This document shows positions 49,513 through 58,406 of a stretch of 64,000 nt of DNA, one piece after another. The notes under the pieces were generated by a model. That model made no database searches, was not told the DNA's origin, and saw only the letters and a list, made by a program, of their open reading frames with translations. The DNA is taken from positions 18,931 to 82,930 of the forward strand of contig CAZNSZ010000007.1 of NCBI GenBank assembly GCA_964575865.1. Direction: 5' to 3'. Made by a program: the position numbers and the translations under genes. The stretch comes from an uncultured Bacteroides sp. Its GTDB lineage: Bacteria > Bacteroidota > Bacteroidia > Bacteroidales > GCA-2748055. Numbering within the stretch: position 1 is the stretch's first letter; each line of letters begins with the position of its first letter.

Positions 49513-50889
49513 TCAGAGGTTCAGGTAATCCGTCCCGTAAGGATAGCGCTGGGGCCTGCTCAGCATGGCGTTGGCCGCTTCATTTCCGATGAAGCGCTCC
49601 TTTTCCGGATCCCACTGCAATGCCCCGGGAATTTTCATGGCGATATGGCTCAGCAGGCAGACGGAGCATGCCCGGTGACCGATCTCGATGGGGGAGATGG
49701 GTTCTTTCCTGCTCTGGATGCAGTCCAGCCAGTTTCCGTGCTGATCTTCGCTCACATACAGGTGGAGTTCTTCTTCGCCGATGGGTGACTTAAGGATCCC
49801 CGGATCGCTGGCATTCAGCGCCTGGTTGCTCCTTTCCTGGGCCACAGGGTCGCTGGCGGTGGCCACATAGTTGCCCCGGGAGACGAATATCCAGCCGTCG
49901 GTCCCTTCATACCGGATCCCGTTCGGGAATCCACCGCTGGTATACATGGTGATCCCGTTCTCATATTCGGCTTTAACCATGAAGTCGCCATGGACATCCC
50001 AGAGCCCGGATTTGGGGAACTCGGCCACCGCTTCCAGCGAGATGGGTCCCGTATGTTCGGTGTCCATGCCCCAGGCTGCCGAGTCGAAATGGTGCTGTCC
50101 CCAGCCGGTGATCATGCCCGCCCCGAACTGTTCCCGCCTCAACCAGCCGGGTCTTCCGTAACCCTCCCGGGGATGCACCCCGATCTCCGTATAATACACC
50201 CAGGGGGTCTCTCCCAGCCACATGTCATAATTGAGGTTGACGGGGACGGGCATCTCTTCGGCTTCCGGTCCGGAAGGATCCCCCGGGAGGCCGATCTTGA
50301 CCGTATGCAGCTTCCCGATGCGCCCGTTCCTCACCAGTTCTGCTGCAAGGCGGAATTGTTCCGAGGAGCGCTGCTGGGTCCCCATCTGCAGGATGATGCC
50401 CTTTTTACGCACCACGTCGCTGACCAGCCTGCCTTCTGCAATGGTCAGGGAGGTGGGCTTCTGCAGGTAGATGTCCTTCCCTGCAAGTGCAGCTTCGATG
50501 GCGGGCTGGGCATGCCAGTGGTCGGGAGTGGAAATGATCACGGCATCGATCTCCGGATTGAGCAGCATTTCACGGTAATCCTCATACATGGCCACATCGG
50601 GCACGCCCTGTCCGTTCAGCTTCTCCCGGTAATACCCTTCCACCAGTTCCCTGCCTTCCTGCATGCGTTTGCTGTCCACGTCGCTGACTGCGATCACACG
50701 GGCGATGTCGTATTTCATGGTGTCGGGGAGATCGTGTCCGCGGGCAATGCGGCCGCAACCGATCTGTCCGATCTGTATCCTGTTGCTCGGGGCGCTTTTG
50801 CCAAATACCGAGGATGGTACAATGGTGGGCACGGTAAATGCACCTGCGGCGGCCGCCGAGGCGTTTTTAATGAAGGTCCTTCGTTTCAT
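49513..50889 (-). CDS. Tat-exported Gfo/Idh/MocA oxidoreductase
   Basis: MKRRTFI; GQIGCG, TPDHWHA, YLQKP, GWGQHHFD. Confidence 0.9.
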   Translation of the reverse strand: MKRRTFIKNASAAAAGAFTVPTIVPSSVFGKSAPSNRIQIGQIGCGRIARGHDLPDTMKYDIARVIAVSDVDSKRMQEGRELVEGYYREKLNGQGVPDVAMYEDYREMLLNPEIDAVIISTPDHWHAQPAIEAALAGKDIYLQKPTSLTIAEGRLVSDVVRKKGIILQMGTQQRSSEQFRLAAELVRNGRIGKLHTVKIGLPGDPSGPEAEEMPVPVNLNYDMWLGETPWVYYTEIGVHPREGYGRPGWLRREQFGAGMITGWGQHHFDSAAWGMDTEHTGPISLEAVAEFPKSGLWDVHGDFMVKAEYENGITMYTSGGFPNGIRYEGTDGWIFVSRGNYVATASDPVAQERSNQALNASDPGILKSPIGEEELHLYVSEDQHGNWLDCIQSRKEPISPIEIGHRACSVCLLSHIAMKIPGALQWDPEKERFIGNEAANAMLSRPQRYPYGTDYLNL

Positions 50890-50929
50890 GGTCTGGTTTT
50901 TTTTTTTGGTTCAATCATTCCAGTGGGAT

Positions 50930-51838
50930 TTATTCTTTGCTGTAGGATTCATACAGGGTTGCGATACCCGCCTCGAGGTGGTCCCCCGCATGGACCACTA
51001 CCCGGTATTTCAGCCGGATGGTGCTCCCTTTTTCAAGCTGGATATGCGTCCCGTTTTCTGGCCAGTACATGGGGGTGGGGGAGAAGAACCCATAATCCCT
51101 CGTGAACCACGGGGCAGGGAACCAGTCACTGGAGGGATGCTGCAAAATGGCGATCCCTTCCGTGCCGCCCATTCGCGTTCCATGGTAATCCATCCAGGGG
51201 GACCGTTTCCCGAAGGTCCCCGCTTCGCCCAGCTCCCCTTCGGCATTCACCATCACCCCCCCGTTGATCACCGCCAGATCGGGATCCATCCGGATGCTCA
51301 GCAGCGAGTGATTGGTTTTTTCGATGGTCACATCCGTCAGCATTTCCATGGAAATGTCAAAATCGATCAGGTAGAGCGCCTCCGATGGAGCGGTCACCGT
51401 GATGATCCGGATATCCCTGACCGGGGACATGGCCCCGGGTCGTTTCCAGATATTCTCGTTCTCTATGACGACCCGGTCATGACCCGATTCCAGTATATCG
51501 GCCCTGAGGGGCACGATCTGCCCCCTCTCGGTCCCTTCCTGCCAGTAGTTTCCCCCGTTGACCCGGTCACACCCGAAGAACAGGGAGCTGTGGTGCGGGT
51601 AATTGCCGTTCCTCATGGAGGTGACCCCGGCCCCCGAGGGTCCGTTGACGGGAAAGAAGAACGGATACTTGTCGTGCTCCGACAGCATGTAGCTGGTCAG
51701 CAGGGTGCCGTCCCGCCTGATCTCGATCCGGTCCCCCAGGCGCTCTGCAGTCAATGGTTGCTGTGCCGGGGCACCCGTCGCCGCCAAGGAGCAGAGGAGT
51801 CCCAGCCAGGCCGTTTTGGGAATGGAGGATTTCATCAT
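50930..51838 (-). CDS. DUF6807 / PmoA-like family protein
   Basis: KYPFFFPV, YPHHSSLFFG, WFTRDYG, LKYRVVVHAG; signal peptide. Confidence 0.75.
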   Translation of the reverse strand: MMKSSIPKTAWLGLLCSLAATGAPAQQPLTAERLGDRIEIRRDGTLLTSYMLSEHDKYPFFFPVNGPSGAGVTSMRNGNYPHHSSLFFGCDRVNGGNYWQEGTERGQIVPLRADILESGHDRVVIENENIWKRPGAMSPVRDIRIITVTAPSEALYLIDFDISMEMLTDVTIEKTNHSLLSIRMDPDLAVINGGVMVNAEGELGEAGTFGKRSPWMDYHGTRMGGTEGIAILQHPSSDWFPAPWFTRDYGFFSPTPMYWPENGTHIQLEKGSTIRLKYRVVVHAGDHLEAGIATLYESYSKE

Positions 51839-53106
51839 GGGTATTGTTCGTTGGATTCACGAGCGTTGATTTCCACCTGCGGAGGCTCGCCGAATGCCCG
51901 CCAGTACTGTTCCGGCGCTTCTTCGGAGAGACTGCCGTCAAAAACCAGCAGCCGGTATTTCAGGGCATAATCCTTCCCTTTTTCAAGGACCCAGGGGTTG
52001 TGGCGTATGGGGCAGAATTCGAAGTAGAGGTCCCCCCGGCCCCCGTTGGCATCCACCGGCCAGACGCGCATGGGCTCCGGAAATTCACGGTTGGAAGGGT
52101 GTCCCATAAACAGGATCCCGCTCCTTCCGGCACCGCTCCCCGACTCTCCTTCCACCATGCACCAGCGCGCCTTGGTGCCGTCTGCCGTGAGCCGGTCATT
52201 TTGTTCCGAGGTGAGCACCGTGCTGTTGTCCCTGTGCCAGCGTTCTGTGGCCCGGAAACCGATGCCTCCGCCGTAACGGTATGCATCCAGAATGATCCCG
52301 GAATCCAGGGGGGTATTCAGGGTGGTGGTGTAGTCGATCAGCCATACCTGTTCGTTTCCCGTATTCCAGACCCTCACATCAAGCACCTCGCTGATGGCCA
52401 GCCGGTCCTCACCGGGCGCACCGAAATCAACGTGCTCCTGGAGCGCCCTGAATCCCGAATAGACCGGTCCCTCCTGCCGGGAGATGAACCCGCTGAACCT
52501 CACGGTACCCTCTCCCTTGTTCAGGTTCCAGAAGTCCACTTCCCTCCCGTTGATATGTGTTTTGGTCCACGGTCCCCAGATCCCGTAATGGTGGTAATGG
52601 TCCGGGGGCTGGATCCGTGTCAGCACCTCGCCTCCGGGTGACCAGAGGGGATGGATGAAACCGGAACGTTTGAAGAGGGGGCTGATCCCTTCGGGTGGCC
52701 AGACCGTTCGGAACTGGTAACCGAGCACCGGCCGGCCTTCTTTTTCCATTTGCAGCAATCCATGTTTTTCTTCCAGACTGACCGGTCCCTCCGGTGGTGC
52801 GGCATCCCCCCTTTCAATGATGTACTGCCTGCTGCTTCCTGCAGGCGTCATTCCCCCCAGGATGAACCAGAGGGTGGCCGAGTGACCGTATTCCATCTGG
52901 CACGGGACGGGAACTGTCCCGTCATTCCGGATTTCCTTCAGGACCAGGGGCCCCTGGTCCTCGTTATAATCAATCGTGCTGAGCGGGATCCCCACCGGGC
53001 AATCGGCACGGTCCGATGCTCCTGCGTGGACCGTGATGGTTGCCACAGGTTGTCCGGACAGTGAAAGATTAAGCAAGAGCAGGGGGATCAGTGAAAGGAA
53101 TCTCAT
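51835..53106 (-). CDS. DUF6807 / PmoA-like family protein with extra N-terminal domain
   Basis: RSGFIHPL, DHYHHYGIWGPW, VDFWN, YRYGGGIGFRA, LKYRLLVFDG; signal peptide. Confidence 0.75.
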   Translation of the reverse strand: MRFLSLIPLLLLNLSLSGQPVATITVHAGASDRADCPVGIPLSTIDYNEDQGPLVLKEIRNDGTVPVPCQMEYGHSATLWFILGGMTPAGSSRQYIIERGDAAPPEGPVSLEEKHGLLQMEKEGRPVLGYQFRTVWPPEGISPLFKRSGFIHPLWSPGGEVLTRIQPPDHYHHYGIWGPWTKTHINGREVDFWNLNKGEGTVRFSGFISRQEGPVYSGFRALQEHVDFGAPGEDRLAISEVLDVRVWNTGNEQVWLIDYTTTLNTPLDSGIILDAYRYGGGIGFRATERWHRDNSTVLTSEQNDRLTADGTKARWCMVEGESGSGAGRSGILFMGHPSNREFPEPMRVWPVDANGGRGDLYFEFCPIRHNPWVLEKGKDYALKYRLLVFDGSLSEEAPEQYWRAFGEPPQVEINARESNEQYP

Positions 53107-53164
53107 GGGGTCGGGTCAGGAATTTGTATACAGGTTTAAAACTGTAGATAAAAATAGGGGAAAA

Positions 53165-53178
53165 TGCAATCGGTTGCA
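53165..53178. promoter_or_regulatory. LacI-type operator TGCAATCGGTTGCA between the divergent DUF6807 operon and lacI
   Basis: Identical to 49379-49392; 12 nt upstream of a TATATTTG box. Confidence 0.8.
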
Positions 53179-53190
53179 AATAATAATCTT

Positions 53191-53198
53191 TATATTTG
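53191..53198 (+). promoter_or_regulatory. -7 promoter box (TATATTTG) of the LacI-family gene
   Basis: Exact TAnnTTTG match 44 nt upstream of ATG 53243. Confidence 0.7.
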
Positions 53199-53242
53199 AA
53201 ATTCACAATCCGTTTGACAGCCCTTGCACCACCCTTCCGACC

Positions 53243-54295
53243 ATGACCCATAAAAAGGAAGTGACCATTTACGATATCGCCGAGGCACTGAAAATTTCGG
53301 CTTCAACCGTCAGCCGGGGCCTCAGGGACCATCCTGCCCTCCGCAGGGAGACGGTCCGGCGGATCAAGGAAGTGGCCAGGGAAATGGGTTATCAGCAGAA
53401 CGCTTTCGCCAGCAACCTGCGGAGCAACCGTTCCAATACCATCGGTGTGATTCTTCCGAGGCTGGACAGCAATTTCCAGTCCTCGGTGGTGGCCGGCATC
53501 GAAAAAAAGGTGAACCAGCATGGGTACAACCTGATCATCAGCCAGTCGCGGGAAAGCAAGGCGAAGGAAAACGCCAACATCGACACCATGTTCAACAGCA
53601 GGGTGGACGGACTGCTGGTTTCGCTGGCGTGCGATACCTGCGACCTTTCCCACTTCAACAACATGCTGCGCAAGGGGATCCCGGTGGTGCTCTTCGACAG
53701 GGTCAAGGAGCATCCCGATTACAGTTGTTCACGGGTGGTGATCGACAATGTGAAAGCCGGCCGCGATGCAGTGGCCCATCTGCTGGATGAAGGATGCTGC
53801 CGGATCATGTACGTGGGGGATAACCTGACAGGCAGTGTATATGCCGACCGGCACCGGGGGTACATGGAAGCCCTTGCGGAAAGGAAGATCCCCTATGATC
53901 CGGACCTCTCTTACATCACACCCCTGGATGAAAGGTCCGGTGAAAGGGTGGTGGAGCGGATCCGGGAACTGGATGCCCTCCCGGATGGCATCTTCGCCGC
54001 CAATGACACCTCGGCCGTTTCGATCATCTGCGAGCTGAAGCAGAACGGGTACAGGGTCCCGGAGGATGTGGCCGTGGTGGGATTCAACGATGTGCATATT
54101 GCCCGGGTGATCGATCCCCCCCTGACCACCATCCGGTATCCCGGGGAGGAGATGGGAGAAGTGGCCGCCACCACACTGATCGAGATCCTCACCGGCGGCG
54201 AGGCGGTGACCAGGAAGACCGTGGTGCTGGACCACCAGCTGGTGGTCCGTAAGTCATCCATGAAGCACCTGAATGAACCGCATGCGGTCTCCTGA
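53243..54295 (+). CDS. LacI family transcriptional regulator
   Basis: VTIYDIAEALKISASTVSRGL HTH; sugar-binding domain with VVGFND. Start moved to ATG 53243. Confidence 0.95.
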   Translation: MTHKKEVTIYDIAEALKISASTVSRGLRDHPALRRETVRRIKEVAREMGYQQNAFASNLRSNRSNTIGVILPRLDSNFQSSVVAGIEKKVNQHGYNLIISQSRESKAKENANIDTMFNSRVDGLLVSLACDTCDLSHFNNMLRKGIPVVLFDRVKEHPDYSCSRVVIDNVKAGRDAVAHLLDEGCCRIMYVGDNLTGSVYADRHRGYMEALAERKIPYDPDLSYITPLDERSGERVVERIRELDALPDGIFAANDTSAVSIICELKQNGYRVPEDVAVVGFNDVHIARVIDPPLTTIRYPGEEMGEVAATTLIEILTGGEAVTRKTVVLDHQLVVRKSSMKHLNEPHAVS

Positions 54296-54335
54296 TTGCG
54301 GGCTATTTTCATTATCTTGGGGGCTCATTTCATCT

Positions 54336-55343
54336 ATGATGGATCATCATCTCCCTTTCCATCCGATCCTGATGCATTTTGCAGCCAGATATGCCGGATA
54401 CAGCTACGGTGCATTTGCCGCTGACCACCGGGTACTGGTGGAGAGCAACCTGCGATGCCAGGAAGCCTTCGGCCTTGATGCGGTGGGCCTCATCTCCGAT
54501 CCATACCGGGAGACCGCCGCCTTCGGCGCCCGGATCACCTTCCCGGAGGAGGCAGTCCCCCGTTGCCACGGTCCCGTCGTCAGAAACATGGAGGATCTGA
54601 AGGGATTGAAAAATCCCGACGTGTACAGGGCAGAACGCACCCGGGACCGGATCCTGGCGGGAAAAGCGCTGCGAAAAGCGGCGGATCCCTCCATCCCCGT
54701 GATCGGCTGGATCGAGGGCCCGCTGGCCGAATCGTGCAACCTGGCCGGCGTCAACGAGGTGCTGCTCCGGCTCTACATGGATCCCGGTTTTGTCCGTATG
54801 CTGATCGACAGGGTGATGGTCACTGCAAAGGAGTTCGCCAGGGCACAGGTGGAAGCCGGGTGCGGGATCATCGGGGTAGGGGATGCCATCTGCTCACAGA
54901 TCTCCGCAGAGAATTACCGTGAGTTTGTCCGCGAGAAGCACCGGGAACTCTTCGGATATATCCACTCCCTGGGGGCCAGGGTGAAACTGCATATCTGCGG
55001 GAACATCACCCACCTGCTGGAGGAACTGCCTTACTCAGGGCCGGATATCGTAGACCTGGACTGGATGGTGGATATGGATAAAGCCAGGGAGTTACTGGGT
55101 CCGGGGATCACCAGGTGCGGCAACCTGGATCCTGTGGGAGTCATCCAGGAGAAAAAGCAGGAGGAGGTCTATGCGGCGACCAGGGGGCTGTGCGAGCGCG
55201 AGGAGGGACGGGATTTCATTCTGTCGGGAGGGTGCGAGATCACCGTGAACACGCCCCCCGGCCACCTGCGGGCCATGCGTGATGCCTCCCTTTCAGGCGG
55301 CGCCGAATCCGGCCGAAAACAAGCCAATCACTCATTTAAATGA
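54336..55343 (+). CDS. Uroporphyrinogen decarboxylase / MtaA-CmuA superfamily protein
   Basis: PVIGWIEGPLA, KLHICGN, CGNLDPV, ILSGGCEI. Start uncertain (54273 or 54336). Confidence 0.8.
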   Translation: MMDHHLPFHPILMHFAARYAGYSYGAFAADHRVLVESNLRCQEAFGLDAVGLISDPYRETAAFGARITFPEEAVPRCHGPVVRNMEDLKGLKNPDVYRAERTRDRILAGKALRKAADPSIPVIGWIEGPLAESCNLAGVNEVLLRLYMDPGFVRMLIDRVMVTAKEFARAQVEAGCGIIGVGDAICSQISAENYREFVREKHRELFGYIHSLGARVKLHICGNITHLLEELPYSGPDIVDLDWMVDMDKARELLGPGITRCGNLDPVGVIQEKKQEEVYAATRGLCEREEGRDFILSGGCEITVNTPPGHLRAMRDASLSGGAESGRKQANHSFK

Positions 55344-56113
55344 AACATCCTATGAGACCTTACATGCTTACAGAATCCTACTGGCCGGAGGTCAGGGAAC
55401 GTGACTACCGGCTGGCCGTGCTGCCCTGGGGAGCCACAGAGGCCCATAACCTGCACCTTCCTTACGGCACCGACAATTTCGAAACCGATGCCCTGGTGCA
55501 GGAGGCCGCACGGATGGCATGGGAACGCGGTGCGGGAGTGATCGTGCTTCCCACCATCCCCGTCGGGGTCAATACCGGCCAGCACGATATCAGGCTGACC
55601 CTCAATTTTCACCCCTCCACACAGCAGGCGATCCTGGAGGACCTGGCCGAAAGCCTGGACAACCACGGGATCGACAAGCTGCTGGTGGTGAACGGGCACG
55701 GAGGAAACGATTTCAGGCAGATGATCAGGGAGGTGGGGAGCCACTTTCCGGACCTGCTCATCGCCACCTGCAACTGGTTCCAGTCGGTGGACAAGACGGC
55801 AATCTTCGAGAACGGGGGGGACCATGCCGATGAGATGGAGACCAGCCTGATGATGTTTGCCCATCCCGAAAAGGTGAAACCGCCGGAGACGGCAGGAGAA
55901 GGCAGGTCCAAACGGTTCAGTGTGGAGGCGCTCAATGAATCATGGGCCTGGACCGAGCGGAAATGGAGCCGGACCACCGCGGACACCGGGATCGGTAACC
56001 CGAGAAAAGCCACCCGCGAGAAGGGGGAGCGCTATTTCAGCGAGGTTACCAAAAAGCTTGCTGACCTCATGACCGGCCTGGCGGCCACCGACGCGTCTGA
56101 CCTGTACCGGTAA
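55340..56113 (+). CDS. Creatininase family amidohydrolase
   Basis: LPWGATEAHNLHLPYGTD, NGHGGN, HADEMETS, GIGNP. Confidence 0.9.
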   Translation: MKHPMRPYMLTESYWPEVRERDYRLAVLPWGATEAHNLHLPYGTDNFETDALVQEAARMAWERGAGVIVLPTIPVGVNTGQHDIRLTLNFHPSTQQAILEDLAESLDNHGIDKLLVVNGHGGNDFRQMIREVGSHFPDLLIATCNWFQSVDKTAIFENGGDHADEMETSLMMFAHPEKVKPPETAGEGRSKRFSVEALNESWAWTERKWSRTTADTGIGNPRKATREKGERYFSEVTKKLADLMTGLAATDASDLYR

Positions 56114-56128
56114 TCCGGCAGATCAGTT

Positions 56129-56136
56129 TAGTTTTG
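56129..56136 (+). promoter_or_regulatory. -7 promoter box (TAGTTTTG) for the GMC operon
   Basis: Exact TAnnTTTG match in the AT-rich gap before ATG 56190. Confidence 0.6.
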
Positions 56137-56189
56137 TTCTAAAGGGATAATTCTTCAATTTGGTGACGGAACCCACCCGGTCGAACCAG

Positions 56190-56747
56190 ATGGCACTCAC
56201 CCGGAGAACATTCATCAGGACAGGGATGGCAGGCTTCGGCAGCCTGCTCCTGATGCCTTCCTGCTTCAGACAGGAACGGTCACCCTACCTTTTTTTCACG
56301 CCCGCCGAAGCGGCCTGCCTGATCCCGCTCTGCGAGCAGATCATTCCGGCCGATGACCATGGCGGAGGGGCCACCGAGGCAGGTGTCATCCATTACATCG
56401 ACCGGCAGCTGCTGGCGGTTTTTGATTATGACCAGGTGGTCTACCAGCGCGGCATCGATGCCCTGCAGGCCACCTGCCTGGAACGTTTCGGAAGGAGGTA
56501 TGAACAGCTGGATGCGGAAAGCCAGCTCCGGCTTGCCGAACAGATGGACACGGGCACCATCGGGGGGGAAGGCTGGGAGGGAACGGATCCCCGGCGTTTC
56601 TTCGGGCTGGTCAGGGACCACACCATGCAGGGCTTTTACGGGCCGCCCCGGCACGGGGGGAACCGGGACTATATGAGCTACCGGATGATGGACCTGGATT
56701 TTCCGCTGGTGGTGGGACGCAACCATTACCAACACCTCACACCCTGA
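56190..56747 (+). CDS. Gluconate-2-dehydrogenase subunit 3 family (Tat small subunit)
   Basis: LTRRTFI; IIPADD.GGGA.EAGV..YIDRQL; HTMQGFYG..RHGGNRD. Confidence 0.88.
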   Translation: MALTRRTFIRTGMAGFGSLLLMPSCFRQERSPYLFFTPAEAACLIPLCEQIIPADDHGGGATEAGVIHYIDRQLLAVFDYDQVVYQRGIDALQATCLERFGRRYEQLDAESQLRLAEQMDTGTIGGEGWEGTDPRRFFGLVRDHTMQGFYGPPRHGGNRDYMSYRMMDLDFPLVVGRNHYQHLTP

Positions 56748-56750
56748 ACC

Positions 56751-58406
56751 ATGGCGGCACAACATGTCAACGCAGTGATCGTAGGCGCCGGTGCAGGCGG
56801 GGGGGTGGTGGCCAAGGAGCTGGCCACCAACGGCCTGTCGGTTGTGCTCCTGGAACGGGGCGGATGGCCGGACTATGACAGGCACATCAACGATGAGCTG
56901 ATCTCGCAGCGGACCCAGGTGCTCGGTTCCGCATTCGGACCCGACCACAGGCTGCACCCCCGCGTCCGCATATACGGAGAAGGGAACCGGCAGGTGGTGA
57001 CCCCCATCCGGGGGGACTACGGCCACAATGCAGCGTGCGTGGGTTCCGGAACGGTCAGCTACGGGGCCATGGCGTGGCGCTTCATGCCGGAAGATTTCAG
57101 GATGAAATCCACCTATGGCCACGTGGAGGGATCCACCCTGGAGGACTGGCCCATTTCCTATGAGGAACTGGAACCCTATTATGAACAGGCCGAATGGGAA
57201 ATCGGGGTTGCCGGGGAGGCCCGGGACAATCCCTTTGCAGCACCCAGGGAAAGGGAGTATCCCATGCCCGCGTTCGAGAACAACAAGGAGGGAAAGGTGC
57301 TGGCAGCCGCCTGCAGAAGGCTCGGACTGCACCCTTTCCCCATTCCCATGCTCCGCAACTCGGTCCCCTACAATGGAAGGCCCGCCTGTATCAGGAACAG
57401 GACCTGCGTGGGATATGCCTGCCCGGTGGACGGAAAGAACGGAACCCACAACACGGTGATCCCCGTGGCCATGGCCACAGGCAACTGTGAGGTCAGGGTG
57501 CACTGCCAGGTGGCCGAGGTGATGAGCAACGACCGGGGCAGGGTGACCGGGGTAAGGTACTTCGATGAAAACAACCGGGAGCAGGTCCAGACCGCCGACC
57601 TGGTGGTGCTGGCCGCCTCCGCCACGGAGACTGCCAGGCTGCTGCTGAACTCCACCAGCAAATTGTTCCCCAACGGGCTGGGGAACAACCATGACTGGGT
57701 GGGGCGCAACCTCCAGGGCCATGCCTATACCGGCGCTCACGGGCTCTTCGATCATGAGGTCACTGACTATGCGGGACCGGGGGCCACCTTCGGGTTCTGC
57801 GACTACAACCACCACAACGAAGGGATTATCGGCGGCGGCCTTCTCTGCAATGAATTCAACGCGCTTCCCTACCTCTTTACCGGGATCAGGCCCCCTGGAG
57901 CGGCAAGGTGGGGCAGGGAGCACAAGGATTTCCAGATGCGGAACATCAAACGGATCGCGGCCCTCCACGGGCCCATCCAGGAGATGCCCAACTTTGAGGC
58001 CCGTGTCACGGTCGACCCCACGGTGAAGGACCACTGGGGAATCCCCGTGGCGGCGCTCTCCGGTGAGCGCCATGCCCTGGACCGGGTGCACTGCCAGTGG
58101 CTTTCGGAGCGTGCCGAGGAGGTGATCAGGGAAGCGGGAGCGGTAAAAACCTGGCTCAGTGTGGGGGGAAGGGGTCTCAGCGGGGGTCAGCATCAGTGCG
58201 GAACAGCCAGGATGGGTGATGATCCCCGTACCTCGGTGACCAACCGCTACGGACAGGTCCATGACATCGACAACCTCTTTGTGGCAGACGGCAGTGTTTT
58301 TGTGACCGGCGGAGGATTCAATCCGGTGCTGACCATCATGGCCGTTGCCTACCGCACCGGGGCCTACATCAACAGCACCTGGAAGGGAACCCGCTTAAAA
58401 TCCTGA
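56751..58406 (+). CDS. GMC family FAD oxidoreductase large subunit
   Basis: VIVGAGAGGG, VGSGTVSYGA, HQCGTARMG, NLFVADGS, FNPVLT; no signal peptide. Confidence 0.92.
   Translation: MAAQHVNAVIVGAGAGGGVVAKELATNGLSVVLLERGGWPDYDRHINDELISQRTQVLGSAFGPDHRLHPRVRIYGEGNRQVVTPIRGDYGHNAACVGSGTVSYGAMAWRFMPEDFRMKSTYGHVEGSTLEDWPISYEELEPYYEQAEWEIGVAGEARDNPFAAPREREYPMPAFENNKEGKVLAAACRRLGLHPFPIPMLRNSVPYNGRPACIRNRTCVGYACPVDGKNGTHNTVIPVAMATGNCEVRVHCQVAEVMSNDRGRVTGVRYFDENNREQVQTADLVVLAASATETARLLLNSTSKLFPNGLGNNHDWVGRNLQGHAYTGAHGLFDHEVTDYAGPGATFGFCDYNHHNEGIIGGGLLCNEFNALPYLFTGIRPPGAARWGREHKDFQMRNIKRIAALHGPIQEMPNFEARVTVDPTVKDHWGIPVAALSGERHALDRVHCQWLSERAEEVIREAGAVKTWLSVGGRGLSGGQHQCGTARMGDDPRTSVTNRYGQVHDIDNLFVADGSVFVTGGGFNPVLTIMAVAYRTGAYINSTWKGTRLKS

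Noticed and set aside
50897-50907. 11-nt T homopolymer as a phase-variation tract
   Set aside because: It is an intergenic A-run just before an ATG on the coding strand, typical of Bacteroidota translation initiation regions; no frame or promoter spacing is evidently affected.
50930-53106. PmoA label suggesting methane oxidation
   Set aside because: These are soluble secreted proteins without the multi-TM PmoA architecture, and there is no pmoB or pmoC.
54273-54335. Possible frameshift or truncation at the N-terminus of the URO-D-like gene
   Set aside because: The frame is continuous from either start and I found no homologous N-terminus in the other frames; this is start-site uncertainty only.
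54336-58406. Creatininase plus GMC resembling mycofactocin mftE/mftG
   Set aside because: No radical SAM gene, PqqD-like chaperone or precursor peptide is visible; the context is sugar utilisation.
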